Under the pieces are notes generated by a model that ran no database searches, was not told the origin of the DNA, and saw only the letters and a list, made by a program, of their open reading frames with translations. The translations under genes were made by a program, and so were the position numbers. A stretch of DNA of 64,000 bases from Podarcis erhardii (lineage: Eukaryota). Positions within the stretch are counted from its first letter, which is position 1, and every line of letters starts with the position of its first letter. The DNA is taken from NCBI GenBank assembly GCA_964252035.1, contig OZ176211.1. The stretch is one strand, 5' to 3'. This document shows positions 32,429 through 45,630 of the stretch, in pieces.

Positions 32429-35400
32429 CCTTGAGTCATCTCCTTTTGATCTCAACAAAAATGTCAGTTTCATCTGAATTTATTGCCATGTCTACTTTGA
32501 TATGCAACACTGCACAGTATTTGCAAGCTCTATAACACCCAACATACATTTATAGAAGCAACAATAACACTAGAAATGGGTGCACAGTGTAGGCTGTTGC
32601 AAAAACATGCAATAACAGGCACTAGTGAATTAGATTTTTTGCTGTATTGAAGGCATCAAGTTCCTTGCAACTAGGATGGTCCTTGGAGATAATTCAGTGA
32701 TTTGTGTAGCATGAGTAAGGGTAGCCACCACAAGGGGCTTCATAAGGTCTTATGTTTGCTACCCATGGCATTATGTTATTATATAAATACTGCTCAGTAG
32801 GGTTTCTTTTTGCTTTTTTAAACCTCCAAGGTACCAAATGACTTCAAGATGCTAAATGTCTTATTGCCTCTTGAAAAATGAATGAATAAATCAACAAGAA
32901 AAATAGTTTCAAAGAGTCCTTTGGCTCTGAAGATAGTTTTAGTTCTATGTATAAAGTTAATATTTCATGGTACTCAGCAGTGATGTTGAAGTAAAACACA
33001 TTTATCCTTTGGGGAGATCCCTAGCTGATCAGTCACTTGCAGACGAGCCATAAAGCAAGGTCCGTGGATGCCAACGGCAAGCCTGACATTGAGGCAAGAT
33101 GCTTCTAGAATGGATGGGCATTAAACTTTCATTTAAAAACACCACCACACATATACATATTCAGTTGAGGCATATGGTTCTAAATAGGCCCAGCAACAGC
33201 AGCTGGCCAGGTGGGGCACTGGCTCAGGGCCTTAGAGGTCCAGAGGAAGATGTGAACCAGCCATGCAGTCACTTCCCGCACTCCTTGCTGAGGCCTCAGA
33301 CAGCTGTTTTAGTAGTGAATGAGTGGCAGTGACTGTTTCGCGTGGGAGCCAAACTTGGTTCCCATTCACAGTGGCCATCTCTCCCTTTCCATCTTAATTT
33401 ATCCAAAATGCAATGCCCAGGTCTATAGATCTGTTAAATCTTTTCATAGACCTACAGGCCTAGATGTTGCATTTTGGATTTACCCAAAATTGGTGTGTGC
33501 ATTTAGGATAAATTAAAGTAGCATGTGGTCACCACAGATGGGAACAGAGTTTGACCCTTATTTAAAAATGGCCCCAGCACTGACCCACTGCTTAAAAAAA
33601 CTGCCCAGGGGTTCAGCAAAGCTTGGTGAGTGGTGTTGCTGTAGCCTTGGCAGCAACAGCAGTGGCAGAAGAAGAAAAATACCATGCATTGGGGGTATAT
33701 GTTGGGGATGCCACCCATTGGCAGTACCCTGAAGTCTGACCCCAGCCCTGATTTTAAGCCATCGCTAGCCCATGCTCTGAATAATTTGTCTGGAGATCTG
33801 ATAGGCCTGTCTCTGGGCTGGTTCATCATACCTCTGACTACTGGGTGCTCCGAATACTGGAAGCAATTCTTAACTTCCTACATGTTTAATATTCGTGTAA
33901 ATCCCACTCAGTTCATGGGAATGGAGAGGATGTTCAGAACTGAGCTGCAGCTAGACTGTTTTCTTTGACTGCTTCTGCCCACCCCATTTCTCCTTCTGAT
34001 GTCTGCTGTATTTCTTCCTTTGCCCATTTGAATAAATCCATCTCAGAGGTCTCATGCCTTTGCTTTGATGCACCTGTCAACACTGTTTTCTTCCCGAGGG
34101 TGTCATAATGCAAATCAGACGGTATTACAGCGTGACTAGTGCATGGGTGCATTCCTGAGTGTGCTGCACTCCATTTCTTCCATCGCTGCTTATTAGGTGA
34201 GCGCTGATAATGTTTTCAGCCTGACACACTTAATGATAAATGGAGCTTTTATTACCATCAGTGGAGGCATGCTTATTTTCAAGGTGCTTCACCTTCATAA
34301 ATTAATAAGCTTCACTGCAGTTATTATAATAAAAGCGGTGGATATTTCTTTAGCATTTCCTGAATAAAATACACATCTATCTACATCTTCCCAAATACCT
34401 CCTCCTCCAGTCCCCATGTTATTGATTTTCGGAGTCCAGTTCAAAGTTCTGATGTTGAATGTACATCCTTCCATGGTTCAATGCTTGAAGGATTTCTACT
34501 GCCCAGACCCTGAGATTCCACAAAGGGAGGGAGAAGATTTCCTGTATGGTGTTCTCTGCTGGCACAACCCCATATGTGGACCTTAATTAAGAGTACTACA
34601 AGGCATGGAACAGGAAACCCATGAATCTCCAAATGAAGAAAACTCACTGCTTATAAAGTTCACTATAAAGAAAGAGAGAAAAAGGGCACAGGATTAGCCT
34701 CCTGGTGTCATGCCCCAGCTAATGATGTTATACTTACAAACAACTCAGCGGAAGCCACTGACACAATACTGTACTAGTGTTTCATCCTACTGTTCACAAA
34801 GTTGTTTCTTGCAACGGCAATAGCAGGAGCAGAAGTTATGGTGTTTCCACAGCGCATCCTAGCAAACTTTTCAAAACAAAAATTACAGTAACAGGAAAAT
34901 AGAAGCAAACCTTTGGGTGGATTTTCTTATGGTAAGTTATCAGAATGACAGTTTGGACTATGTTTACTCCTTATAAAGCCAGTCAGCCAGCCAGCCAGCA
35001 AGCCATAAGCTACAACAGAAGATAAGTAAACAATTAAGAATAATTACAAAAAAACATAATATTTACAATAGCATGCAATCTTATTTATTTACCACATTAT
35101 GAGCAAGTAATAAACTGTTTTGGGCTTTTGCAGGTGCCAAAGCAAATCTTACAAGAAGCCAAGAGGAAATCAGTTCCATGCAACTCAGACCAACTGGCTT
35201 TCCCCTCAAGAGGTGAGTCTAAACATTTAGTTCTGATCACAGAGAAGACTGGGCAATGTAATTATTAATGTGGTACATCCTCCACAGAGCCACTGCCACA
35301 AGAACAGAATCCCAAATCCTAGGATATTGCTGTTCCAGCAGATCTATAGGGCTGAGGTGCCAGTTATAATTAATATAGAATTATACTAATAGATGTAAAC

Positions 35401-37166
35401 AAATGAGATAAATAGAGCTTTGGGACGATGAAGCAGTGTCTCCTGTGTTCTACAGGCTGCATTGTCAACATGGCTGTTTCCATTATCTGCTCTGTCTCCT
35501 GCAGATAAATTAGAAGCAAGCAGTAATCCACAAATCAATAATATACTAGGCTAGACTGCACTATCTTCAGAAGAAGAGAAGTGCCATTATCATTTTTTCC
35601 AACCACAGGATAACCCCCAAAATGATACCGAAAAGGTATGATCATGAAAACTATAGAGTGGAGAGTTTTTCGAAAGAGCTGCTCATTTATCTTTTAGAAG
35701 GGTCTTTAATTCTGATTTTTCATTAAACTGATGCAGTATTTTTCTTTTCTCTTTTTAAAGCAGGGGGCAGGGACAGAGAAGGAGAAGGAGAAGTTACAGA
35801 ATACTCTAGATTTTGGGCTCTTAGCCCTTTGCTTAACAATATTCCAAAGCTTTACAGATCAATTGTATGCGCACAATGGAGAGTTGATAAAGAGAGCATT
35901 AATTGTTGCACACTGAACAGGTGAATATGAGCACAACAATGGCAAACCAAGAGGCTGGTAGAATTAAGCAGACATTTTTAAAAGCACCGAGTCTCTTTTA
36001 ATGCAAACTTTTTTGCTTAAAGAATATTTACAACATTGTTATTTTCCCTTCATGAGCAAAGAAATCAAGCATGAATTATGGCCAACTTTGAAGGGCAACT
36101 TTGTATCCCATCTTCCAAGTGCTGGTACAAAAAGTCAGACTCAGAAGCAAAAGGAAGACTCTAAATGCCACCATAAAAAACCCAAATAGATTTTCAACAG
36201 CAAGTCAAACTGAGATAGTGGAAGTAATTAAGAGTGTCTGCAGAGTAAGCAATTTGCCTGGGAGGAAATAACATCCGCTACATATTATTTGCATATAATA
36301 TGGGGAACATGCTAATTTCTTTGTAAGCAGTCATGTTTTCAGCTTTAGTATACTGTCAGACACTAAATGATATAGACGTATATGAATGCTGACCCAGCAA
36401 ATATTAAGGTATTCATTTACTAAAGTAAGGTAGAAGTTGGGATAAAGGTGGGTTGTAGTTCTTCTTCTATTATTTTCCTGCTGAATTAAAGCCACTCCAT
36501 GACAGAGAAGGCGACTCAGATTCAGATCTTTCATACTGAAGCCCAGCAGTCATTCTTTTCTGAATCACATTGGTTCTCATTGCTACTTCATGGCTACCAA
36601 GTACATTGCATACATCCCAATTTTCCCAAGAGACTAATTCCAGGGGTAGCATTGTACAGACAAGGGGAGCAAACCAACACCTAGGCTCACAAACAACCTA
36701 CTCTTGATGCACCCCAAAGCTCATTCTTGCAAGCCAGCTGCAAAACTTGTACTTGATATTTTCCTCTTCACTGGTTGCATTTGTAAGTTCTGAACTTTTT
36801 CTCTCCAACCCACAAACACACATTTGCAAGTAAGTGGAGTGTTCCCAGTAGCTAGTAGCTGCTAGCCATCAAAACCCATCCATGCTCATTCAAGCAACCA
36901 TCTAGCCATCAATGCAAGTGGAAAGAATATCGTCAGACATAAACCATGCAAAAACCTAGCAAAAATGTCATTTTGCCCATCCAAACAGGATGCCTACAAC
37001 AATATTTTCAGGCCCACACTTGCTTTCTCATTGTGCTGTGAGTACCAAAATGGAAACCATACATATTTAAATGACCGAGCAATCCATAATAAAATGTAGT
37101 CTTCTCAATTAATAATGTCACAGCCTCTTGAGCTCAGCAGCAACTTCACAGAGCACTTCTCTGCCA

Positions 37167-37182
37167 TGCACAAATACACACA

Positions 37183-37231
<49 letters not shown>
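37167..37231. repeat. (CA)n(GA)n microsatellite
   Basis: Directly visible. Confidence 0.95.
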
Positions 37232-37235
<4 letters not shown>

Positions 37236-37674
37236 TACACAGAAGGAGAGTAGCAAGGGCTCTTTACTTAAAAGTACACTGAAGCTTGAATTTTGTGCAT
37301 TGGATTTGAGAAGCCTTGTCAAAACTGAGATTGGATTCCCTCGTTGTAGACACCCTTTGTCTAGAATCAAACGAGATAATAAACTAAGATAGATGAAATA
37401 TATTGGCTGCATAAAGAGCCTCCATCTTTAAATAAAAGAACTATAATTTTCTCAACACCTAGCTAAATGATGCATTGAACTATTTAAAAATATACACATT
37501 TAGTAATATTAATACCACAAGTTAAATTATAGCTGTACTTATGCTTGGTGATACCCATGAGACATATTTAAGCCTAAATTACTGCCTGCATTTCCTTTGC
37601 TGAGTACTGTGTTCTTTTTTAAAAAAAAACAACAACCCACAAACACCCATATTATCAGTACTCTCACGCATACA

Positions 37675-37970
37675 TGCATTATTTTATTTATATTTTATTT
37701 ATATTCCACTGTTCAAACCATGCTCAAGGCAGCGTACAGCATGAAAATATGATACATAACTACCACATAAGACAAGTAGTCATAAACAATAATAAAAAAC
37801 TAAAAAAATACACAGAGAAACTGAACAGTTTCCACCTAAATCACAAAAAGATCTAAAATAAGGATACAGAAAACCAACAACAGCAAACCCCCACCAAACA
37901 CACCAACCCAAAAAGCGGGAGTCAGTCGGGGCCCAGCCCCACCAGGCCAGGTGGAAAAAGGCCTGCAAAA
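37675..37970 (-). mobile_element. L2 LINE 3' end, degenerate
   Basis: (TTTA)n tail, tcaaggcagcgtaca, A-rich 3' UTR and ccaggccaggtggaaaaaggcctg, typical of a reversed L2 terminus. Confidence 0.55.
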
Positions 37971-38635
37971 CAGGGAGCAGGACTGACAGCCAATATGCTC
38001 TCAGAAATACGAGAACTGTCTCTTTTAGCTAATAGACTGCTGAGTTTGAGGCACTAAATATGCTTTATATTGAGCACATACTTGATGGATGGGATGATTG
38101 AATACCTCAGAAAAAACCCATTACTTTAATCAAATTCTGTCAATCAGGTAGTGGACACCTTGTATACATTTTTCTTAACAGATCTGTGACCACATAATAC
38201 AATTTGAATTTGTTTGATTTGATACTAAAGCTGTATACACACCCTTGTTTATTCTGCAATCCAGTGCACACCCACTGCTGGTTTGGGAAGTGATGTACAC
38301 ACACCTTTAGCCACAATTCATCTCTATCCTGTATCTATCCTGTCATTTATTTATTTTTTAAATACAACTTTTTCAGACGTTTCCCCACAAACCAACTTCG
38401 ATCCAAATTTGGAATTGGGGGGGGGGCAACCTAGCTGCATTTTTATCCGGTAGATTTATTCTTCTGATCCTGGAGTTGTTCTGGATTGCTCTCTAAAACC
38501 ATGAGCCCAGTTGATTGCTGGCTACTGATACCTGCCGACTACTGTTGTTTTAATGACCTTGCCTGAAAAAGCCATTTCCTTACTGCTATTCCAAGCAGAA
38601 TATTATTATGTGTATGGTAGTTCCTCGCACGTAAG

Positions 38636-38754
38636 AGTGTGGCCAACTAAGTTCTACACTGAGTAGAGCCACTGAAGTGAACAGACCTAAGTTAGTCATG
38701 TCCATTAATTTTAATTGGTCTACTCAGAGTATGACGAATGTTGAATACTGCCCC
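38636..38754. mobile_element. Short palindromic MITE (related degenerate copies near 16130, 28190, 32065, 49825)
   Basis: ctacactgagtagagccactgaa ... ttaattggtctactcagagta inverted arms. Confidence 0.6.
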
Positions 38755-39939
38755 ACAATCTATTATTTTCCTCTCCCTTTCAGCTTTCTGGTGGTATTTC
38801 TCATGACATGCACCATGCTGGTGAAACAGCGAAACTGGTAGAGGACAGATGTTCCAGATCCCAGGCTGGCAAACATCTGGCTCATTCTGACAGAGATCTC
38901 TCTCTATAATATATATAATTCAACTGAGTTAACCCACTACAACAGAACAAGGCTGTGCAGACAACATAACAGATTCAAAGTCATGATGTATTAGTTCTGG
39001 AAGGTTTTCAGACTGGTGTTTTGGATTTTTTTTTAGACCATTCTTTTGTCTACAAAATGTTTGCTGTTCATAAAGCATCATTTCCCCTTCCCTGCCTCAT
39101 ACAAGAACTAAGTGGATTAATGAGTGTTTTCCCTTTATTTACCAGACAAAAATCCATGTTCTTTAATAACAAAATGTAAGGAAGATTTATGGACTACTCT
39201 GAGCTTCCTTTTGAGCAGCCAATTCAACAATGACTCATTCATGAAGAATGTTCTTTCACAGACTGGAGTGTGCTATGCTGTGCATCTATGTAGAGGTAAA
39301 TCCAAAACAGAATTTCACATTTTCATTGTCATAGCAAATGAACCCAAGAAAAATGTATGCTGATTGTAAAATAAAATGTCCCACCTTTCATGGAGAAAGA
39401 GAGCCAGCATGTTGTTAAAATGGAGTTTGGCTGCCACCACAAGTTTTGCTTGGTTACCATTTTCCCCCAGACAATACCTCTGGAACAGCACATAGCATCA
39501 TTCAAAGCAAGGGAATCTTTGATCCACTGATAGGAGGATTGTCACAGCAACCAAGTACTTTTAAGCAAGCAAGCAAGGGTTGGGGTAGAAGGATATTTGT
39601 TATACTTACCCGTTGCATTTTTAGCTGTACATAATAGGTGTGTGCTTCAGAATTTAATGTGCAGAGAAGGTCTTAATATTACTAATTAACATCTAGTACA
39701 TCATTGCACAGCAAAAAGTCTTTAATCACACACTAACTGGGGTGGGGAAGCAGAGAGAGTGTAGGCAACGTCTATTAAAATATAAACTTTGTGCTCATGA
39801 ACCAACTGATTGCGAGAGCAATGGCTAGAAGACATGCAAAACACTTTTATTTTTTCAAAACAATAAAAAATGGGGTGTTTTTCAGACTTTTCCACCATTC
39901 AAAAACGCAACTGGATGACTATGTTGTGTTATGTACATC

Positions 39940-40086
39940 CAGTGTTTTTTTCTAAAAAAAAAATGTTTAGGGGTACTCTCATTTTCCTACTCATATTGAA
40001 ATACTGCCCCTCAATGAGGCCAAACTTAGATTCACAAAATGTTTAGGGGTATACATACCCCTGTGTCCCCCCAGAAAAAAGCACTG
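39940..40086. mobile_element. 147-bp hAT-type MITE
   Basis: TIR cagtgtttttttct / agaaaaaagcactg; perfect 8-bp TSD tgtacatc (39932-39939 / 40087-40094). Confidence 0.9.
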
Positions 40087-40377
40087 TGTACATCTTCAGT
40101 GTTTGGACATTGATCCCACTGAGGGACCAGAGCTTATTTTCTGGTTCTGTACTGAGACCATAACAACTTAAGCAGGAAAAGGTGCAGTACTTGCTTTCTG
40201 TATCTGGAGTGAGGGTATCTATGTGCTAGGTTCAACAACATCAGAGCATTTTCCAGCTATTAACACACACTGATGGCGCCTTCTCTGCATACATAATATG
40301 GTCATGATCAGTGACCAACATCCTAATTCATGATTCACACTCTGTGAGTGTGTCCGTGGGTGTTTTTACAACTAATG

Positions 40378-40423
40378 TTTGCTGCTGATTCAACTTGTAG
40401 TTTGCTGCTGATTCAACTTGTAG
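40378..40423. repeat. Perfect 23-bp tandem duplication tttgctgctgattcaacttgtag
   Basis: Directly visible. Confidence 0.95.
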
Positions 40424-41738
40424 AAGTACCCAAATGTGTTACTATGTTAGCCCTGTTGCAGACGTCAACCAACACAAGAGTGAGTGCCACAAAATCACCC
40501 TCCCCACTGAGTAATTGGTTAGACAAATAGATCAAAAATCTTCTGATCAACTTAAAAGGTGTCTCCATTTAAATTAGGCAACTATTTTTTACTTTTGATG
40601 TAAGAACTGATAAAAGCTATAGGTGGCAGATTATTGGAGGGAAAACACTTTTCTCTCAGCCAGGAGGGAATCTCTTTTTTTAAGAAAATGCCTGCTGCAG
40701 CACAGGCAGGCATCAGCTAAAAAGGCCAAATAACACTTTTTTTCTTCAAAACTATTGTTTTATTCACATACAGATTTAATGCAGATTTAATCAGTTAATG
40801 AAATCCATTTACTGTAATTTGCTGGATTGGTTGACAACCCTAATGATAACAAAATCAAACCCTGATAATGCATTGTTAGGGATTTATGTACATATCCCAA
40901 TTATTGTTCCACAAATACCTGCCAATCAATTTCAATAAGAATGTAGATTTTAAAATACCACCTTGATTCCTGATGTTTGGGACAAGACTTTAGAGCCCAA
41001 GTGCAAATCTGCTCTAATTTAATTCCTATCAAGCTAGCAAAAGTATACAATAACAAAAATGTCAAATCTGATTATCAGATTTCTTTCTCTTTCCATTGGA
41101 GCTCTAGCATGGATCAATTCTAAAACAGTTAAAAAGGATTCCATGGAAGTTTAATATTTTCTTCTGTAAAATCAATGGCAGGTCATAACCTAAGCATACT
41201 GTTTTGGCTGAGATCTGCAACCCATTCAAATTGCATTTCTTGTGTCAAATGAAATGGGGCCCTTTTGAAGTTACCTTTTTGTAAGTACACTTTGTACTTA
41301 CAGCAAAAATTACAAAAACAAACTCCTATTATGACAGCAATGTGTACTCTAGTATACAATAAAATTAATCCATTTATATGCTACACTGATTGTATTATTG
41401 ACACCAAATTATTCATGGTGGTTAAAAAAGGATGAGGTGTCATGAGGAGCTCCAGACACGGTGAGTGGGCATTAAAATTGGAAATGCATTTCAGTGTAAA
41501 CATGTAAAATGATTTACATGTGGGCAAAAAACCCCCCCAACTTAACATAATACATGAATGGGGTTTGCACTAATTAGGAAAAAAAAATATTGGGATAGCT
41601 TGATTGAAATGTTGACTGCCATCTAAGGAGATCTGCCTAATGGTAGGGCTGGAACTGGTGATAAAGAGGATTGACTTAGCAATCAGCATACAATATTCAC
41701 CAATTTGAGACATGAGTAGGTGTGGTAATTCATCAGTA

Positions 41739-41964
41739 CAGTGGTACCTCGGGTTACATACACTTCAGGTTACAGACTCCGCTAACCCAGAAATAGTACC
41801 TCAGGTTAAGAACTTTGCTTCAGGATGAGAATAGAAATCGTGGTCCGGCGGTGCGGCAGCAGCATGACGCCCCATTAGCTAAGGTGGTGCTTCAGGTTAA
41901 GAACAGTTTCAGGTTAAGAATGGACCTCTGGAACGAATTAAGTACTTAACCTGAGGTACCACTG
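41739..41964. mobile_element. 226-bp Tc1/mariner MITE, complete
   Basis: TIR cagtggtacctcgggtt / aacctgaggtaccactg with TA duplication. Confidence 0.93.
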
Positions 41965-42204
41965 TATCTCCATTGTTTTAGATAGTTAGCAATGATCTAC
42001 CATAAAGGGGGATCAGTGGCCAACTTCTGTACCTTCAGATGTCACCTGGTTATGCCGACAATGTATTTTGCCACACAAACTGACCTGTTCATTAATAATC
42101 AGGCTTCGTATAAGAATAAATTAGGTGCCATATCCAGCAGTAAATAAGTGAGAGGTTGTACCACTGAGATGAACTGCATATGGATGTTTCATGCCCATTC
42201 ATGC

Positions 42205-42328
42205 TTTTTGTGGAGCGCCTTGCAATCCCTTTTTGTTTTAACTACCCTGAATAATTGGGTGTCACCAGCAAACTTGGGCACTGCACTGCCTCACCCCTAA
42301 CTCCGGGTCATTTATGAACAAGTTAAAA
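42205..42328 (-). mobile_element. CR1 RT catalytic-region fragment
   Basis: Reverse strand gives FNLFINDPELGV... and a decayed KFADDTKLF motif (aagtttgctggtgacacc). Confidence 0.75.
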
Positions 42329-42972
42329 CCTTAATTATCAAGCTGTAACCCAACTGAATTGCCCCATAACTCTCACTAATAGGATGGAAATATTTGGACT
42401 ATCATTTGTTGGGTGTGGATTACTGCCAAAGCTATCATCCGGTAGGTATTTCTTGCCAGTGCGAGTCATCTGCTCTGTGCTAAATTAAACATGTATTACT
42501 GCTTGAATTGATTCAATGTGAATTGGCAGGGCTAGCTCTGCACTCTGAGACAGAAAAGACATTAAATATTGGTCCTGGGATTTAATGTACAATGCACAGA
42601 GGAGGCATGACATTTAGCAAGTGATAGACACTCACTCCTTCACATTTTTGCTTATGTTGCACTGGCAGCAGGACCGATTTATATTAACTAAAGCTGACTA
42701 ACTACTGAAGAGAAAGTATCTTAGGAATATGCATATCATAAATGAAGTTGTTTCAGCCATTCCTGACCCAATGCTAATCACACATACTCAACAACTAAAA
42801 CCATTACTCCACACTGGAGGGTGGGTTTTCATTTTGTATGCAAAACTCCCTGTAAGAAATGCATATGCCATGGAATACTCGCTTGAGATTTAGGAATCTC
42901 TAGAATCTCCAATGGCTCTTGAATAAAAAATCACATGGCGAAGCTAATAGGAAAACAGGACATCTCTTAGGG

Positions 42973-43333
42973 CATGGGTAGGCAAACTAAGGCTCGGGGG
43001 CCGGATCTGGCCCAATCGCCTTCTAAATCTGGCCTGTGGATGGTCTGGGAATCAGCGTGTTTTTACATGAGTAGAATGTGTCCTTTTATTTAAAATGAAT
43101 CTCTGGCTTATTTGTGGGGCCTGCCTGGTGCTTTTACATGAGTAGAATGTGTGCTTTTATTTAAAATGCATCTCTGGCTTATTTGTGGGGCCTGCCTAGT
43201 ACTTTTACATGAGTAGAATGTGTGCTTTTATTTAAAATGCTTCTCTGGGTTATTTGTGGGGTATAGTCTGGCCCCCCACAAGGTCTGAGGGACAGTGGAC
43301 CAGCCCCCTGCTGAAAAAGTAGGCTGACCCCTG
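42973..43333. mobile_element. hAT-type MITE with three internal 71-bp tandem units
   Basis: Ends catgggtaggcaaact / agtaggctgacccctg; 8-bp flanks tcttaggg / ccttaggg (7/8); units at ~43060, 43131, 43202. Confidence 0.88.
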
Positions 43334-44189
43334 CCTTAGGGAAAGGGATAACTTCTCTCCTATAGCTTCACTCCTATTGCATCCAATGTCAGGAGGGGGG
43401 TGGGTGGGTTAGATTTGTCACCCAACCATTTGTCTCAAACATTACTCTCAAACCCACTGTTTACTATCTGTCACATAACTCCCAACTGCAATTCTAAAAT
43501 CCTAACCTAAAACACTGGCATTGTCTTTTTAAACTAACTCTCAGTTGAGGGAGGGAAGGAGTAAGCCCACTCATTTGCAAATGAAAGTTGCCCTTGATCC
43601 TAAACATTCATTGCCCCCAGACTATCAGCTCATGTAAGAGGCTAGTCCTGGCTTAATCAGCTTTTGATGCATGTTGATTCCAGAGGGCTCAAGGCATCTA
43701 GTACACAGTTCAAATACACACATGAGTCTAGCAACCAGTTTTAACACTCGGTCTAAGCCTTAATTTAATTCTAACACATAGCTGGATCTGGAATTTAGGG
43801 TGTCTTGCACCCGCAAACAGTATTTTAATGCTTGTGTAATTGTATTTTATACTTGTAAACTGCTTAGAAGGCTATTTAATAATGCTGCTGCTGCTGCTGG
43901 TGGTGGTGGTAGAAGCTCTGTTGGCATATTCTTCACCAGAAACTGCAAAGCTAAATACTAACTTGGATGACAAATAGTTTAAATAAGGACTTGGGTTTGC
44001 TTTGCAGTAATATTTCCAATGTTCTTGTTCTTTAGCACAGAAATGTTAAACATTAAGGTGTTTGCATTTATCTTCATAGCTGTAACACTCTTCTCTTTTT
44101 TAGAAAACTCAACCTTTTCCCTTTTTAATAATAAAAATAATAATGCTTTCTCAATGTGACAAACATTTAGCTACCCAGAAATACACATA

Positions 44190-44802
44190 CCATACTTTTC
44201 TGTCTATAAGACGCCCCCTTGTATAAGACACTCCCTCTTTGCGGGGACTCCATTTTAAGAAAATGAGGGGAGATGGCCCAAAGTTATTGAGTCTCTCCCC
44301 CAACGCAGCTGTGGTCAGGAAACACTCCCAGATTGTTTTCTGCGCACAGTGACATGGGGGAAGTTGCACTCCCACCAGTCATGCAGTTTGCAGCAGCGCA
44401 ACCTCCCCTGATGCCGCCGTGCACGGGAAGTGATCCAGGGAGTGTTTCCCATGCACAGCGGCATCAGGGGAAGTTGCGGCCCTGCCAACCATCTGGTTAG
44501 CGGGAGCGCAACCTCCTCCAATGCCGCCGCATGTGGGAAATGACCCAGGGAGCGCTAGCTGCGCACAGCAGCATCGGGGGAAGTCGCACTCCTGCCAACG
44601 AGCTGGCTGGCAGCGCACAGCTTCTCTCCCCCCCCATGCAGCTGTGGGCAGGAAAACCCCCCAGATCGCTCCCCGCTTGCTGTGGCATCAGGGGAAGCCG
44701 CTCTCCCACCAACCGATGCCACTATCCGTGTACTGGACGACCCCAGTTTTTTGACATGATTTTTGAGTCAAAAACCCCCATCCAATACACAGAAAAATAT
44801 GG
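44190..44802. mobile_element. 613-bp pogo/Tigger-like MITE with four internal ~110-bp GC-rich hairpin units
   Basis: TA + ccatacttttctgtctataagacg ... atacacagaaaaatatgg + TA; same TIR family as 58856-59114. Confidence 0.8.
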
Positions 44803-45353
44803 TATTTCCAGCCACCTCAAAGCAAAACTGGTTCAGAGGGAAGGGATTGAATCAATCTCTTATTTCTCTGGTGGTGAGGAATAATATTTCTCCTTTGCCT
44901 CCCTTTATATAGAGACTTGCTGTTTGTGGTGTTTTTATAAAAAACCCTAACAATTCTCTGTGCTGCTGTAACACAAGTGCAGGTCCCTGGATTCTTAAAA
45001 ACTAAAAATTTTAAGCTTTCTGCTACACTGCAGGTAGCTACCCTAGAAGGAAGTGAATTTATTCTTCTCACTGGTCTCCTAAAACTTTTGCCCTTTCTCT
45101 AAGCATTCTCAGAAGGCAGGAACCGTTTTTCAAAAAGAGTCACGCAAACAAGCAGAAGGGCATGGCCGTGGATTAAATATTGCATCTATATTAGAAAACT
45201 GCTCTGCTGTAATGAAATCAGGAAAATTAAATGGAAGGGTGGATCAAAATCATTATAATCTATGCTAGCCTAATCATGTCAAAAATAAAAAGATATCTGT
45301 TTATCTGTTACCTCAGTCAAAATTCCTATTTTGGAAGCCAGCAAAGTAAAGAG

Positions 45354-45630
45354 CAGGGATAGGGAAACTCTGGACTTCCAGATGTTGTTAGACTACAACT
45401 CCTATCATCCCTGACTATTGGCCATGATATCTTGGGCTGATGGGATTTGTAGTCCAACAATCAGGGATTACATAGGACCAGGGAGACTCCAGTTGTTCAA
45501 ATTCCTGCCCAGCCTCTCTCCGCTCAACCTATCTCACAGTGTTGTGAGGATAAAGTGTGGAGAGGGGAACCATGAGCTCTGTGTTGCTCTAAGTTCCTCA
45601 AAGGACGGGTAGGATAAAAATAGAATAGAA
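45354..45630 (+). mobile_element. hAT-like hairpin MITE (~45354-45480) next to a degenerate Squam3/CORE SINE 3' half (~45495-45630)
   Basis: gactacaactcctatcatccctga palindrome; then ctcaacctatctcacagtgttgtgaggataaa. Confidence 0.6.

Noticed and set aside
44151-44884. Cluster of overlapping ORFs on both strands
   Set aside because: Explained by the GC-rich, stop-poor hairpin array inside a MITE.
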